Positions 23,064 to 35,465 of a DNA stretch of 64,000 nt are shown in pieces. This stretch comes from Okamejei kenojei. Its lineage: Eukaryota. The translations under genes were made by a program, and so were the position numbers. The stretch's first letter is position 1. Every line of letters begins with the position of its first letter. Where the stretch lies: positions 16,120,001-16,184,000 of the forward strand of contig CM069141.1 in NCBI GenBank assembly GCA_035221665.1, read 5' to 3'. Below the pieces are notes generated by a model, which saw only the letters and a list, made by a program, of their open reading frames with translations, was not told where the DNA came from and did no database searches.

Positions 23064-23156
23064 ATCTTTGTATGAAGAGAATTCACAACTCTTAGCCACT
23101 GCAGTAAGATCATATGAGCATTAGACAAAGGAGCAGAATCAGGCCATTCTGATACA

Positions 23157-23416
23157 GGGCGGCACAGCGGCGTAGCATTAGAGCTACTGTCTTACGCGCC
23201 AAAGACCCCGGTTCTATCCTGATTACGGGTGCTTGTCTTTACGGAGTTTGTACGTTCTCCCCATGACCAGCGTGGCTTTTCTCTGAGATCTTTGGTTTCC
23301 TCCCACACTCCAAAAACGTACGGGTTTGTGGGTTAATTGGTTTGGCATAAATGTAATTTGTCCCTAGTGCGTCGAAGGGCCTATTACTGTGCTGTTATCT
23401 CTAAAGTAAACTAAAA
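23157..23416 (+). mobile_element. HE1-like V-SINE with internal deletion
   Basis: Head GGTTCTATCC, core, tail. Confidence 0.88.
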
Positions 23417-23417
23417 T

Positions 23418-24080
23418 AGATATGTGCAAGGTGTCACATTTTGGAAATTCAGACACACAGTGAACGGCAGGCGAGGGGCTTTGGGACGTGTTGGAGAGCA
23501 GAGGAGTCTAGGAATTCAGGTACATAGTTCCTCATAGGTGGTGTCACAGGTGGTGTCACAGGTGGCCAGGAAGGCATTCAGCACATTGGCCTTCATCATT
23601 CAGATTATTGACCTATAACAATTGGGAGGTTTCAATGAGATATCCCCTCATCCTGGTAAACTCCAGTGAATACATCCCTAGAGCCATCAAATACTCCTCA
23701 TACATTATCTGCATTAAACTGCATCAACCATTCCTCAGCCCACCTGCCCATTCAGTCTAGATCCTGCTACAATTTTTGATTATCATCTTCGCTTTCCGCA
23801 ATGCCACCCCTTTCATGTTATCTGTAAACTTACTAATCGTTCCTCGCCTTGTACATTCTCATTCAAATCGTTGATATAAACCACAAACAGCATGGGGCCC
23901 AGCACTGACCCCTGAGGCACACCATCAGTGTCAGGTTTCCAGTCTGATAATCAACCTTCCATTAAGCCACTCTTCTGTCCTCGAACTAGCTCCCAGACCC
24001 TATGCGATCTAACCTTCCAGAGGAGCCTACCATGAGGAGGGAACCTTATCAAATGCCTTGCTGTTCCATAGACAAAGTCC
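23418..24080. mobile_element. Old rearranged CR1 fragments (plus strand ~23418-23627, minus strand ~23628-24080)
   Basis: GGCATTCAGCACATTGGCCTTCATC on plus; GGTGTGCCTCAGGGGTCAGTGCTGGG on minus. Confidence 0.7.
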
Positions 24081-24769
24081 AATGTCCTGAATGGATTAGA
24101 GGTGAATTGGACAGCATCCTAGTTTATGAAAAGACTGTTCAGAAGCCTGATAACGGAGGGAAAGAAGCTGTACCTGTGATACTTAAGCACACAACACATT
24201 ACAAACCCAAATAAAGTTATACCCATCAGCAACAAAAGGAATTGCTGCTTGTACCCATGCTGTACTAAATACCTTATGTCAGGAATAATGCAGGATTCTT
24301 TTGGCAGCTTATATAATGTACTTAGCTCCTCAAAATGTGCTTGAACGTGCAACCTTCTTTCTAACTTGAGAGGTGGATGACATTTAATCTTCATTCCCTC
24401 ATCTATATTGTCACTAATAAACAACAAATCTGATCTAACTATGTATTAATCCACTGTATTTAACTGCTTTTGTTAGGAACTGTATCAGTAGCTGCAGCTC
24501 AGTGGTATGTAAACATATCTAGTCGTTTGATCTTGGTCGGAATATGTCCATTTTATGCTTGTTTCTGCGAGCTGATTTATGAAATCTGCTCAATGTCTGG
24601 AGAAAAAACGTTTTTTCATTAATTCTAATCACTGTGCTGTGATGCAGCTGACAATATGGTGAGTCGTTTTGTGATTTTTAAAGATAAAATGTAAGGCGGA
24701 ACTGACAGTAACCATACATAATGGAACGTATCTTAGTGGCAAAAGTGCTTCAGAACTGGCAGATTTTCT

Positions 24770-24770
<1 letters not shown>

Positions 24771-24805
<35 letters not shown>
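24771..24805. repeat. Poly-C tract (35 nt)
   Basis: Direct read. Confidence 0.95.
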
Positions 24806-25011
24806 TTGATAGATATGCTTAAAGGAACATGTCCTATTGTAAGCAAAGAGGACAAAACGTATCCTTTTCATCGTCTCTCCCAAACAGCCCGTGGTTCCTA
24901 TGGCTTCCCCAGCATCTATAGGCCGAGACCCCATTTTATTATTATTGCTATTGTTACTATCACTATCACTGCTGGGTCCTATTGCTCCACCTCCTGGCAT
25001 GGGCTCATTAA

Positions 25012-25240
25012 GGGCCTGTCCCACTTGGCGACTTTTTTCGGTGACTGACGTATCAGGGTCGCCAAAAGATTTTGAACATTTCAAAATCCAGCGGCGACAA
25101 AAAAATGTTGCGACACTGGAGGAAGCATCGCGCATCAATACGTCATCGCGCCGCATCACGCCACGACTTTTTCAGTGACCTGATACGTCAGTCAATGATG
25201 CCGACAGACTCCGAAAAAAATCACCAAGTTGGACAGGCCC
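25012..25240. mobile_element. MITE (PIF/Harbinger- or Kolobok-like)
   Basis: TIR GGGCCTGTCC(C/A)ACTTGG extending to ~30 bp; flanked by TTAA on both sides. Confidence 0.88.
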
Positions 25241-25885
25241 TTAACACTGACGCTGTTACCCTTCCCAAAGTTGTAACCACACCACTTCTCCTGACCCCTC
25301 TTCTCATCCTCCCCCCCCCCGCCCCCTTCTCCCTGAACACTACTTCCACCCCCTCACCCCCACTGCCCTCCTCAGGCCATGCCCAAACCCATCCCCAACC
25401 CCTGTTGAGTTATCACCTCCTCCCCCCCCACCCACACCCTCAGACGCAATGCAGAACGTCAGATCTCAATAGAGGTTTTACCTTTGTACCCCTGCATCCA
25501 TAGCTCCAAGGATTCCGAGCCCACCATGATGTCAATCAGGCTCTTCTTCCTTCGCCTCCAGGCCTATTTCTCTGGCTAGGAAGGCATTCTATCTCCTTGT
25601 CTGCCAGTGACGGCTCCTTCTCCCATCTCCAACGTTCTTCCCCCTCGTGGATTTTCCCTGCTGAACTTCTCACCTCTCTTGATTTTTTCATCAACTGCTG
25701 CGGCAACGTCAGCCATCTTGAATTCTCATCTCTCCTTACCCACTCCAATCTCTTTCCCTCCGAATGCACAGCTCTCTGCTCACTCAGTACCAATCCCATT
25801 ATTCTAATCAAGCATTCCAGGAAGGGAGGTGCCATTATAGTCAAATAGTCTGACCTCTACCATGCTGAGGCCAGGCATCAGCTTA

Positions 25886-26159
25886 TTTTAGTTTAGAGAT
25901 TCAGCGAGGAAACAGGCCCTTTGACCCACAGAATCCGTGCCGACCAGCAATCCTCGCACACTAACGCTATCGTACACACGCTAGGGCCAATTTACAATTA
26001 TACCAAACCAATTAACATACAAACCTCTACATCTTAGGAGTGTGGAAGGAAACGAGAGGTCCCGAAGAAAACCCACGCACGACACACGGAGAACGTACAA
26101 ACTTCGTAAAGACAAATACCCATAGTCCAGAATCGAAGCTGCGTCCCTGGTGCTGTAAT
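25886..26159 (-). mobile_element. HE1-like V-SINE, head truncated
   Basis: Tail and V core on the minus strand. Confidence 0.88.
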
Positions 26160-26433
26160 GCCCCTGTCCCACTTAGGAAACCTGAACGGAAACTTCTGGA
26201 GACTTTGCGCCCCACCCAAGGTTTCCGTGCGGTTCCCGGAGGTTTTTGTCACCCTAATGGTTGAAAGTGGTTTCTATTTCTTCAATGTTCCGGAAATTAT
26301 TTCAAAAAATTCAAAACCGACCGCGACTAAAAATAGGTTGCCGTTTTAAAAATCAGTAATTTTTTAGTCAAAGCCAGTTGCGATGCTAGTTGAAGGTGGT
26401 TGCCGGAGGTTGCAGGTAGTGGAAGGTAAGACC
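26160..26433. mobile_element. Truncated MITE or DNA transposon (one TIR only)
   Basis: GCCCCTGTCCCACTT, related to the TIRs at 25012 and 59395. Confidence 0.6.
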
Positions 26434-26778
26434 TCCCTGGTGGAATTAAACTGGGTGAAAAAAAAGGTCTTGCTTTCCACTATGCCCTTAAATTCACTTG
26501 GAGTATTGCTGACACCACCCTCCCCTTTCTCGATCCCTCTGCCTCAAATGCCTGTTGTCCACAGCAAACCCACTGACTTCCGAAGCCACGTTGTCTACAC
26601 CTCCTCGCACCCTGCTTCATGCCAGGACACCATTTCTTACTCTCAGTTTCCCATTCTCCCTCGCTGCGTTGCAGGGTCGGCCTGGCCAAGCAAAGTTGTC
26701 AGTGCCCTCCATCGCTGCTCCGCCGCTCCGTGCTGCTGCAGGCTGCATCCGATCCACAAGCTAGTCTCTTGGAGCGGC

Positions 26779-27130
26779 GGTACACAAAAGGCTGGAGAAA
26801 CTCAGCGGGTGCAGCAGCATCTAAGGAGCGAAGGAGATAGGCGACGTTTCGGGTCGAGACCCTTCTTCAGACTGGTCAGGGATCAGGGAAACGAGAGATA
26901 TAGACGGTGATGTGGAGAGATAAAGAACAATGAATGAAAGATATGCAAAAAAGTATCAATGATAAAGGGAACAAGCCATTGTAAGCTGTTTGTAGTGTGA
27001 AAATGAGAAGCTAGTGCGAAGGGGGGGGGGGAGAGAGAGAGAGAGAGAGGGAATGCCGGGGCCCGAGGGCTGAGGGAGAGGTGGGAAGGGGAGGAGACAG
27101 CAAGGGTTAACAAAATTGAGAAAATTCAAT
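26779..27130 (-). mobile_element. Penelope-like 3' UTR insertion, same young subfamily as 15859-17346
   Basis: Highly similar to the reverse complement of 16997-17346; TSD-like CTCTTGGAG(C/A)GGC at 26766-26778 and 27221-27233. Confidence 0.92.
26840..26873 (-). ncRNA. Minimal type-I hammerhead motif
   Basis: Identical to 17252-17285; predicted cleavage at 26843. Confidence 0.75.
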
Positions 27131-27304
27131 GGGTCGATGTGCCCGGAATGAGGTGTCGGTGGAGAGGCCCTGCAGCAGCCTGGGGCTCAATTAGATCAGG
27201 TGCCGCTCCAATCCTGCTTCCTCTTGGAGAGGCACCTGATCTAATTGTGCCCCAGGCTGCTGCAGGGCCTCTCCACCGACACCTCATTCCGGGCACGTCA
27301 ACCC
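27131..27304. repeat. 81-bp-arm inverted repeat with 12-nt loop
   Basis: 27131-27211 vs 27224-27304, 77/81 match. Confidence 0.95.
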
Positions 27305-27862
27305 GCGAGCCGTTTGGCTCGAACCGCAAGCCAAACACTTGTTGATTTTCATGTGTTCAATCCTAACTTCTAAAATGAAACTGACCTTCACTGTTCACAT
27401 TTCTTACATCTGCTTTGCTGAGATATATTGCTTGGCTCACTATGAGTGGTAATAAATTAGTCCAATATTTTTTATCATGACATTTATGTCAACCCATCAC
27501 AAAGGTAATCATCTATCTCAATGAACAATGAAATATTAGCCTCTCATGCTGAACTTGTAAGAAAGGGCCAGAGATATTTCATCACTTAAAAACAACTATC
27601 CATGGAACTAGGCTGGCTGGGCTTAAATTTGAAATAACATTTATTTCTGTGGCATACACCTTGATTAAAATATCCAAAAGAGCAACTCTCCTCCTGTGAG
27701 TGGATTTTTGGCCTGGTTCCCATTAAAACAAGGTCCGAAGGGAGTATTATATTTTTTAATTTTAAATTCCCACCCATTACACACACACAACCACCGTTGA
27801 GAGTTACAATTCCCTCCTGGCGAGATTTTAACTATGTCATGTTAATTCAACATCTGAACTTG

Positions 27863-28023
27863 TGATAGACACAAAGCGCTGGAGTAGCTCAGCGGGACAG
27901 GCAGCATCACTGGAGAGATTAGGAATGGGTGACATTTTGGGTCAAGATCCTTCTTCAGAGTCTGTTACTCCAGCATTTTGTGTCAATCTTCGGTGTAAAC
28001 CAGCATCTGCAGTTCCTTGCGAC
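27863..28023. mobile_element. Penelope-derived inverted mini-element with internal deletion
   Basis: Minus arm with decayed hammerhead plus plus-strand long tail; flanks ACATCTGAACTTG / ACACCTGAACGTG. Confidence 0.75.
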
Positions 28024-28185
28024 ACACCTGAACGTGGCTACTTTCACAGGTGTTCAAAACTGAGCAGGAATATACCGACAAAAACTCTTTGGAGACAATT
28101 CTGCTACCTGGGATTCTCGTAGTTAAGGCTAGAACATGTTCTTTGATGTTCATTGCTCTGAACTTCCTGGAGGAAGGGGAGCAAC

Positions 28186-28278
28186 GTCTGAAGAAGGATC
28201 TCGACCCGAAAGGTCACCTATCCATGTTCTCCACAGATGCTGCCTGACCTGTTGAGTTACTCCAGCACTTTGTGTCCT
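28186..28278 (+). mobile_element. Penelope-like 3' end with mutated hammerhead
   Basis: CTGAAGAAGGATCTCGACCCGAAAGGTCACC. Confidence 0.8.
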
Positions 28279-28352
28279 TTCCTTGGGGAAGGAACTGGCT
28301 AATGCAAGCAGAACCCAAATATCTGGTCCTAAATATCTGAAACAGGCGTCGA

Positions 28353-28530
28353 TGGAATGGAATGGAATACTTTATGGTCACATGTGACAAACCACATTCT
28401 TTGCTTGCATGCAAGGCATGTAAATAGCAGCTACCTACAGCGCTGACAAAATTACAAAGTATGGCGGGTCCTCATTTGTCCCCCCTCAACCCCCTCCCTC
28501 ACGGCAGTCCCCCCACGCCGGGTCCTCATC
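28353..28530 (-). mobile_element. (ATTCC)n-tailed retroposon 3' end
   Basis: Homologous to 4266-4497. Confidence 0.65.
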
Positions 28531-28782
28531 AATGAACTTTTAGTGAGAGTGTCACCCAGTGCACCCTCAGTGGCCAATCCCAACACACCCCCAATTGCCA
28601 AGCCTGCCCGTATTTCATGCGACATTCTCGCATGAAATACTGTGAAGTCGCTGTCTGTGAAGTCGCTGGCTTTTTGTTCCAAGTGGTAATAGTCTTGATG
28701 GGACAGGCAGATCAAGAAATTTACAAAGACTCAGTTGACCAGTGAGTTTCACCAGTTTCATACCAGAGTTCTGTTGAAAGAT

Positions 28783-29390
28783 GAGTTTGAGTTTATTGTC
28801 ACGGCGTGTGCAGTGAAAAGCTTTTAGTTGCGCGCTAACCAGTCAGCGGAAAGATAAGACATGATTACAATCAAGCCATTCACAGTGAACAGATACCTGA
28901 TGAAGAGAATGGCGTTTAGTGCAAGATAAAGTCCGATCAAAGATAGTCCAAGGGTCTCCAATGAGGTAGATAGCAGTCCAGGACTGCTCTCTAGGTTATT
29001 TATTTTTTAGTTTGGAGATTCAGCGCGGAAACTGGCCCTTTCGGCCCACCAGGTCCGCACTGACCAGCGATCCCCACACATTAACACTATCCTATACCCA
29101 CTAGGGACAATTTACATTTATACCAAGCCAATTAACCTACAAACCTGTACGTCTTTGGAGTGTGGGAGGAAACCGAGGATCTCTGGGAAAACCCATGCAG
29201 GTGGTACGATGGTTCAGTTGTCTGAAAATAGCCGGGCCAAAACTGTCCCTGAATCTGGAGGTGTACGTTTTCACACTTTTATACCTTTTGCCCGATGGGA
29301 GAAGAGGAGTGGCCGGGGTGCGACTTGTCCTTGATTATGCTGGTTTGCCTTGCTAGGGCAGCGTGAGGTGTCAATGGGAGGTTGGTTTGC
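28783..29390 (-). mobile_element. Rex1-like LINE 3' fragment interrupted by a SINE
   Basis: GAGTTTGAGTTTATTGTCAC tail; resumes at ~29203 with AAACTGTCCCTGAATCTGGAGG. Confidence 0.7.
29006..29203 (-). mobile_element. HE1-like SINE 3' part
   Basis: Tail and V core. Confidence 0.88.
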
Positions 29391-29693
29391 GAGTATAATT
29401 GTGAGAGTTCTGGTATTTACATTCCGGGCTTAAGCTGCAGATTTGAGAAAATGAGTACACTGAAAATCAGCTCGCTTAATTTTCATGAACATGTCAATAA
29501 GTTAGTGGGTTGGAACATGGCTGATAATGCCTGTGTTGGTTTGGTCCTAAGCAGTATTTAAACTTATAAAAAAAACATGATGGGAGGATAGAGATGTGCT
29601 ACTGCAGGATGGAAAGCTACCATGTACTGGAGTAAATTAAATATTAAATATTTCATTCCAAACCAATTTTAAACCCAAAGAAAAAGGGGGTGG

Positions 29694-29997
29694 GGGGCAC
29701 AGTGGCACAGCGGTAGAGTTGCTGCCTCACACTGCCAGAGACCCAGGGTCGATCCTGACTACGGGTGCTGTTTGTATGGAGTTTTTATGTTCTCACTCCA
29801 TGTGGTCCGGAAGTTTTCTCCTTGTGGTCTGGCTTCCTCCCATTCCAGACGCACAGATTTGTAGGCTAATTGGCCTCTGTAAATTGTCCCTAGTGTGTAG
29901 GTTGGAACTGGTGTACGGGGTGATCGTTGGTCGGCTCGGACTCAGAGCGGCCAAAGAGCCTGTTTCTACACTGTATCGCTAAACGAAACTAAACTGA
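29694..29997 (+). mobile_element. HE1-like V-SINE
   Basis: GTGGCACAGCGGTAGAG...GGGTCGATCC head; TAAACGAAACTAAACT tail. Confidence 0.9.
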
Positions 29998-30766
29998 ACA
30001 AAGGTGATGTACTAGGAAAATATAGTTTTCATCGGATATGTGCAGAAATGTATTAAGTAATAACAGTTTTGAGCAGTTGAGCAGTTTTGTGGCATTCAGG
30101 TGATAAGAATATGTCCATTTGTGGTGGCAACATTTCCCTAAATTCAGAAACAAAAACTTGTGAGCAAATGTTGACAAAATACCTGGCAAATGAAGCAAAA
30201 GGAAATGCATTCAAATGCAAAATATTGAATTCATTATGGGCCACCTGAACTCCCATGGCACTGAAAATAGTGTAATGGCCAAGTGTTGTGTTCCAAGTTA
30301 AGCAGTGCTCTAAATATCAGGACATTAAAATTGAAATGGCTGGAAATAGTCAGCGGATGAGCTGAATAGATCTCAAAATAATTGGACTGGAATGTGCAGA
30401 TGTAATTCATCATTCTAAAATCGCGCAGTCTGTCCTTATTCGTGTATTTGGATTACTGATTCCTTTGGCTCTGCTTATAATAGAAACTGTCCATAACTGT
30501 AGCCTCTGGGCTTCCAGGTTTCCCAGAGGCAGTTTGTATGGCGAATGGGGCAGCCTGATTAAATATTAATCCAAGAAAATACATGCCGATGTTAAAACCA
30601 CACACGTTGTACAACCATAATAGTTCACAGTTCATCATATCCAATTTACATCACATTTTAGGTTCTGTTCCTTGGTTTATCTGTCTATTAAATATGGGAA
30701 TACCAGTGCCCAGATTGCCACACGCAAACCAACATCTTTCAAACTGTCTAGCAGTGATAACCTTTG

Positions 30767-30875
30767 TTTAGTTTAGTCCATTTAGAGATACTGCTTGGAA
30801 ACTGGCCCTTGGCCACTCTGAGTCCGTGCTGAGCGACGATCACCCTGTACACCAGTTCTATGCTACGCATTAGGG
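30767..30875 (-). mobile_element. SINE 3' fragment
   Basis: TTTAGTTTAG...TTTAGAGATAC...GGCCCTT. Confidence 0.7.
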
Positions 30876-31183
30876 AATGCATTCCACCAATACTTTTTGT
30901 GTCAGTCTGAGCATAATATTAATTGAATTTATGATGAACAATGTTCACTGTGTGTCATCTACAGTACATAATTAATTAAACTCCATCTGCTTTTAATTGT
31001 GCAGCAAAGAGTGATGCTCACACTGGCTGGAATTAATTCCAATTCTTCCTCCAAATTTGACTGAAACATCCATATATTTCCCCACAGCATTTTTCCCAGT
31101 TATTATTTTTTTCCCCCTTTGAATTGTTGCATGAGTAGATAGCTTCTGATTGGTTGCATGGGGGATTCTGAAATTTGATTTTC

Positions 31184-31455
31184 TTAGAGATACAGCGCGT
31201 GGAAACAGGCCCTTCGGCCCACCCAGTCCACGCCGACCAGCGATCCCCGCACATTAACTCTATCCTACACACACTAGGGACAATTTCTGCATTTATACCA
31301 AGCCAATTAACGTACAAACCTGTATGTCTTTGGTGCGTGGGAGGAAACCGGAGATCCCGGAGAAAACCCACGGGAAGAACGTACAGACTCCGTACAGACG
31401 GTACCCATAGTCAGGATCGAGCCCAGGTCTCAGGCACAAAAAGGCAGTTACCGTG
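31184..31455 (-). mobile_element. HE1-like V-SINE
   Basis: Tail, core and B box on the minus strand. Confidence 0.9.
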
Positions 31456-32551
31456 TCACTCAATGACAATGACAATGACAACCTATGACGGCCCTATGGA
31501 ATGCAATTTTTGCAAACCTTTCTTTTTGTTAAATGAAGGGCACATGAACTATCTTCACGTGAAGAACTGATGGAAATTGGTGAAATTGAATGAAACGTCT
31601 GGACATCACATCACATTATTGATCAGCCACAATCTTTATTTAACCTTTACTATACCGCAGCTAAATTAAGAAAACTGGCCGCAGCTTCACTCCTTGTCCT
31701 GAAACAGTACTTTCAGCGACAAAGTTTAGATATATATAAGGCATTGACCTGTTTGAATTGTGAGTAACCATACTGATTAACAGAGTGCTCACACCCGATT
31801 AGCTCAGAATCTGACCCTTTTTAACAAGTCTTCACCTGTTCAGTGTCTAATTATCTCATAGTGTTTTCTGAGGCAACTATCGATTCTAGAGGAAGAAATG
31901 TTTGATCCAACGAAGGCATGCAAATAATTAGACAAGACTGAAATGGCTGGACACAAAGTAATGCAGAAAATAGAATTGGAAACTGGTTAAGCACATAAGA
32001 TTTAGTTGTTAATTTCCTTGTAAGTGTTCATTTAGAGCATAGAGGCACACAGCGGGCTCTTTGGCCCATCTCGTCTATGCTGACCAAGATGCTAGTCCCA
32101 TTTGCCCACATTTGGCCCATATCCCTCAAAACCTATTAAACATTTACAGCATACATGCTTATCCTTGCAGATATAGCTCTGTCAGATAGAAAAAATGCCG
32201 CAGGGAATCGATCAATGCAAATGTTTAAAACCTAGAAATATGAATGCATAACACTTAAAGTGCCCCACAGTCTAAATTCGAGTTTACCCAAAATAGATTA
32301 GCAAACGTGTCCAGGGTGTCTGGTGCAACTGGGCACTTCCAGTCACGATCCATGTTGGCTTCCCCTGGCTTCAGACACATTCCTGACATTATTGTATAAG
32401 CATATTGCTGCGCGTGCCAAAGCTCCACATCACTACCATCTTGGAACAGTTCCAGTCGAATAGGGGGAACATCATGAGAAGTGGATGGACCATGGCTAGT
32501 CCGGTTGCTGTAGGTAAGATAGGAATGATTGTTAGTCCTTTAGGCCTTCAG

Positions 32552-32819
32552 TTCAGTTTAAGAATAAGGGGTAAGCCATTTAGAATGGAGACGAGGAAAC
32601 ACTTTTTCACACAGAGTCTGTGAGTCTGTGGAATTCTCTGCCTCAGAGGGCAGTGGAGGCCGGTACCCTGGATAGGGCTCTTAAAGATAGCGGAGTCAGG
32701 GGATACGGGGAGAAGGCAGGAACGGGGTACTGATTGTGGATGATCAGCCATGATCACATTGAATGGCGGTGCTGGCTCGATAGGCCGACTGGCCTACTCC
32801 TGCATCTATTGTCTATTGA
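32552..32819 (+). mobile_element. CR1 3' fragment with deletions
   Basis: SLRIRGKPFRMETRKHFFTQ; tail same as 23040-23063. Confidence 0.88.
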
Positions 32820-33587
32820 TGGCTGGCTGAGGGAGGAGAGGAAGCAGGGATATTGTCAGGGTAGAATGATTCACTGGATGTGAACAGAATCACAATCCTG
32901 CTCTGAGACTTGTTCACATCATCGGGTGGCGATGCACACGGCAGCCTCGCCAACAGTCTGTTCGTCCTTTCACCATTTTTGTTATTTTTAGTCTGATGGG
33001 GGAGGGAGGAAGAGGAAATTAGAACATGGATAAATATTTTCCTTTAACTGTTTTTCACTTTTCCGTGGCCAACCTGAATTTGAAACGCAAAAGGTTTTGT
33101 TGGAGAATTCTAGATCTTCACCACAGTGGAGTAAAAAATACACACCTTCATGCAGAACGATAAAGTGCATTTCATTATTCAGTCAATTCTGGGACTGGCC
33201 TGAAATTGTGGTGTTATCAGCCCTCAGCCTGAGGTCAGACCTATGGAGGATGCACTTGACTGATTGTTAATTGGTTCTGCACAATGTTGAATGACGTTCG
33301 ATAATGTGTGCAGACAGCTATTTCAGGCACTAGCTTGCATTTTTTTCTTGGACGGGTGCCTTGAAGGGAATTGTCGCTAATACTGGAGCCCCAAATGTAA
33401 TAGTGGCGAGGGCACTGAAATGCCTCGGGTCCAGGAACGTGAAGCAAAGAGCAAGGTAGAGGGCTGGCTCTCCTCTCCTCAACTGGAGGAGCGGATGATT
33501 GCAGACACGAGGCCGAGACACAGTGCTTGACTGGAAAGGTACTTGTGCCCAATGTTCCTGCCCATTCAGCAGCAGAAAGGAGTGAAG

Positions 33588-33685
33588 AGATAGACACAAA
33601 AAGCTGGAGTAACTCAGCGGGACAGGCAGCATCTCTGGATAGAAGGAATAGGTGATGTTTTGGGTCGAGACTCTTTTACAGACTG
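33588..33685 (-). mobile_element. Decayed Penelope-like 3' end
   Basis: GATAGACACAAAAAGCTGGAGTAACTCAGCGGG...GGGTCGAGAC. Confidence 0.8.
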
Positions 33686-33844
33686 CAATTTAAGAGTGGT
33701 GTATAAGAGAACAAAATGGGTAGAGAGTGTGGTGGAGACCCAGGATAGGTTCTGAGCAAGCTCTTGTCCATACAAGGTGGACTGTTTGGGAAGCTACCAC
33801 ATTTCCCTTCTCAAGTCACTACCTATGGACTGATACAACCTCTC

Positions 33845-35465
33845 TCACAACTTTGACTGATTTTTTTGAGGAGGTGTTTTCATGAGGGATGTGATATTAA
33901 ATGCTGGTATTGGGCTTGATGAGGTCTTTGACAAGCTCCTGCATGTTAGGTTGAGAGCCAATGGTGTACAGAGCAGACTGGCAAATTGGATGCAGAAGTT
34001 GATGGAGAGGAGTTTATTTTCTGATGAGAAATCCATAACCAATAGTGTACCGTAAGGATTGGTGCTGGCTGGGACCCCAGATCTTTACATGAATGACTCG
34101 GATATGTATGGAGAAGGAGTGATAAGTAAGAATACGGTTAATACGAACATTGGTAGCATCACAGACACTGAGGAAGGTTATCTAAGTGCCAGAGCTACTA
34201 CACTCCAAACTTTCCGAGTTGACTGTGCCTGAACCCATCTGTCGGTGGACCACCAGCTTCCTGACAGACAGGAAGCTGCACGTGAGGCTGGGAAAGCACA
34301 TTTCGGATCCGCAAACACTCAGCATAGGAGCACTGCAAGGCTGCATACTCTCCCCTACTCTCTCTATACCAACGACTGCACCTGTCAAGCTTCGCAAGTT
34401 TGCGGACGACACAACCCTGATTAGACTGATCCAGGATGGGGAGGAATCTGCCTACAGACAGGAAGTGTCACAGCTGGCGTCCTGGTGCCGTAGCAACAAC
34501 CTAGAGCTCAATGCTCTTAAGACAGTGGAATTAATTGTAGACTTTAGGAGAGCTCCCCCTCCCCTCACCCCACTCACCATCAACAACACCACAGTCTCAT
34601 CTGTGGAGTCTTTTAAGTTCCTGGGAACCATCATCTCCAAGGACTTTAAGTGGGGGGCTACCATCGACTCCACAGTCAAAAAGGCACAACAGAGGATGTA
34701 CTTCCTATGGCAGCTGAGGAAGCACAATCTGCCACAGGCAATGATGGTCCAATTCTACACGGCCATCGTAGAGTCTGTTCTCTCCTTCTCCATCATGGTC
34801 TGGTTTGGCTCAACCACCAAGCACGACACCTGGAGGCTGCAGCGAATCGTCCGATCAGCAGAGAAGGTTATTGGCTGCAACCTTCCCTCCATTGATGAAC
34901 TGTACACTGCAAGGGCCAGGAAGCGAATGTGTAAGACCATCTCTGACCCCTCTCACCCTGGCCACAAACTCTTTGAATCACTTCCCTCTGGAAGGCGACT
35001 CCGGACTGTCAAAGCTGCCACAGCCAGACATAAAAACATTTTTTATCCACGAGTAGTTGCTCTACTCAACAGCCAAAAATCTGCAGCCTCCCTTTGATCT
35101 GGTATTTTGTTGGTTCACATGCTTGAACAATGGTGTTTTATCATTAATGTTTTATTATTATTAATGTTTAGTGTTTTCTGAGTCATCCATAACTGTCACT
35201 GTATGCCACTTGTGGGCGGAGCACCAAGGCAAATTCCTTGTATGTGAATACTTGGCCAATAAACTTACTTACTTACTTAAAACTACAGCATGATACAGAG
35301 TAGCTGGAAAGTTATGTAGAATAATGTCAAATGGAATTCAATCTTGGCGAATGCGAGGTGATGCATGTTGGGAGGGCAAGCGAGGATATTACATTTGCAG
35401 CAAATGGTTGGCCTTAGGCAGTGTTGATGAACATAGGTACAAAGTGTTAGAGTATGTTGAAGGCA
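33845..35465 (+). mobile_element. Very old CR1 RT fragment split by Rex1 (parts 33845-34185 and 35280-35465)
   Basis: GAAGGTTATCTAA|AACTACAGCATGATA is continuous across the insertion. Confidence 0.7.
34186..35279 (+). mobile_element. 5'-truncated Rex1/Babar-like LINE (family A)
   Basis: 303-aa ORF SIGALQGCILSP, KFADDTTLI, NNLELNALKTVELIVDFR, KFLGTII; AATAAA(CTTA)n tail. Confidence 0.9.

Larger units (their letters stand above)
25455..26660 (+). mobile_element. Old Penelope-like remnant interrupted by a SINE and a MITE
   Basis: LNRGFTFVPL; LSTNPIILIKHSRKGGAIIV (cf. IKPADKGGAVVV); KPTDFRSHVVYTSSHPASCQDTISYSQF. Confidence 0.8.
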
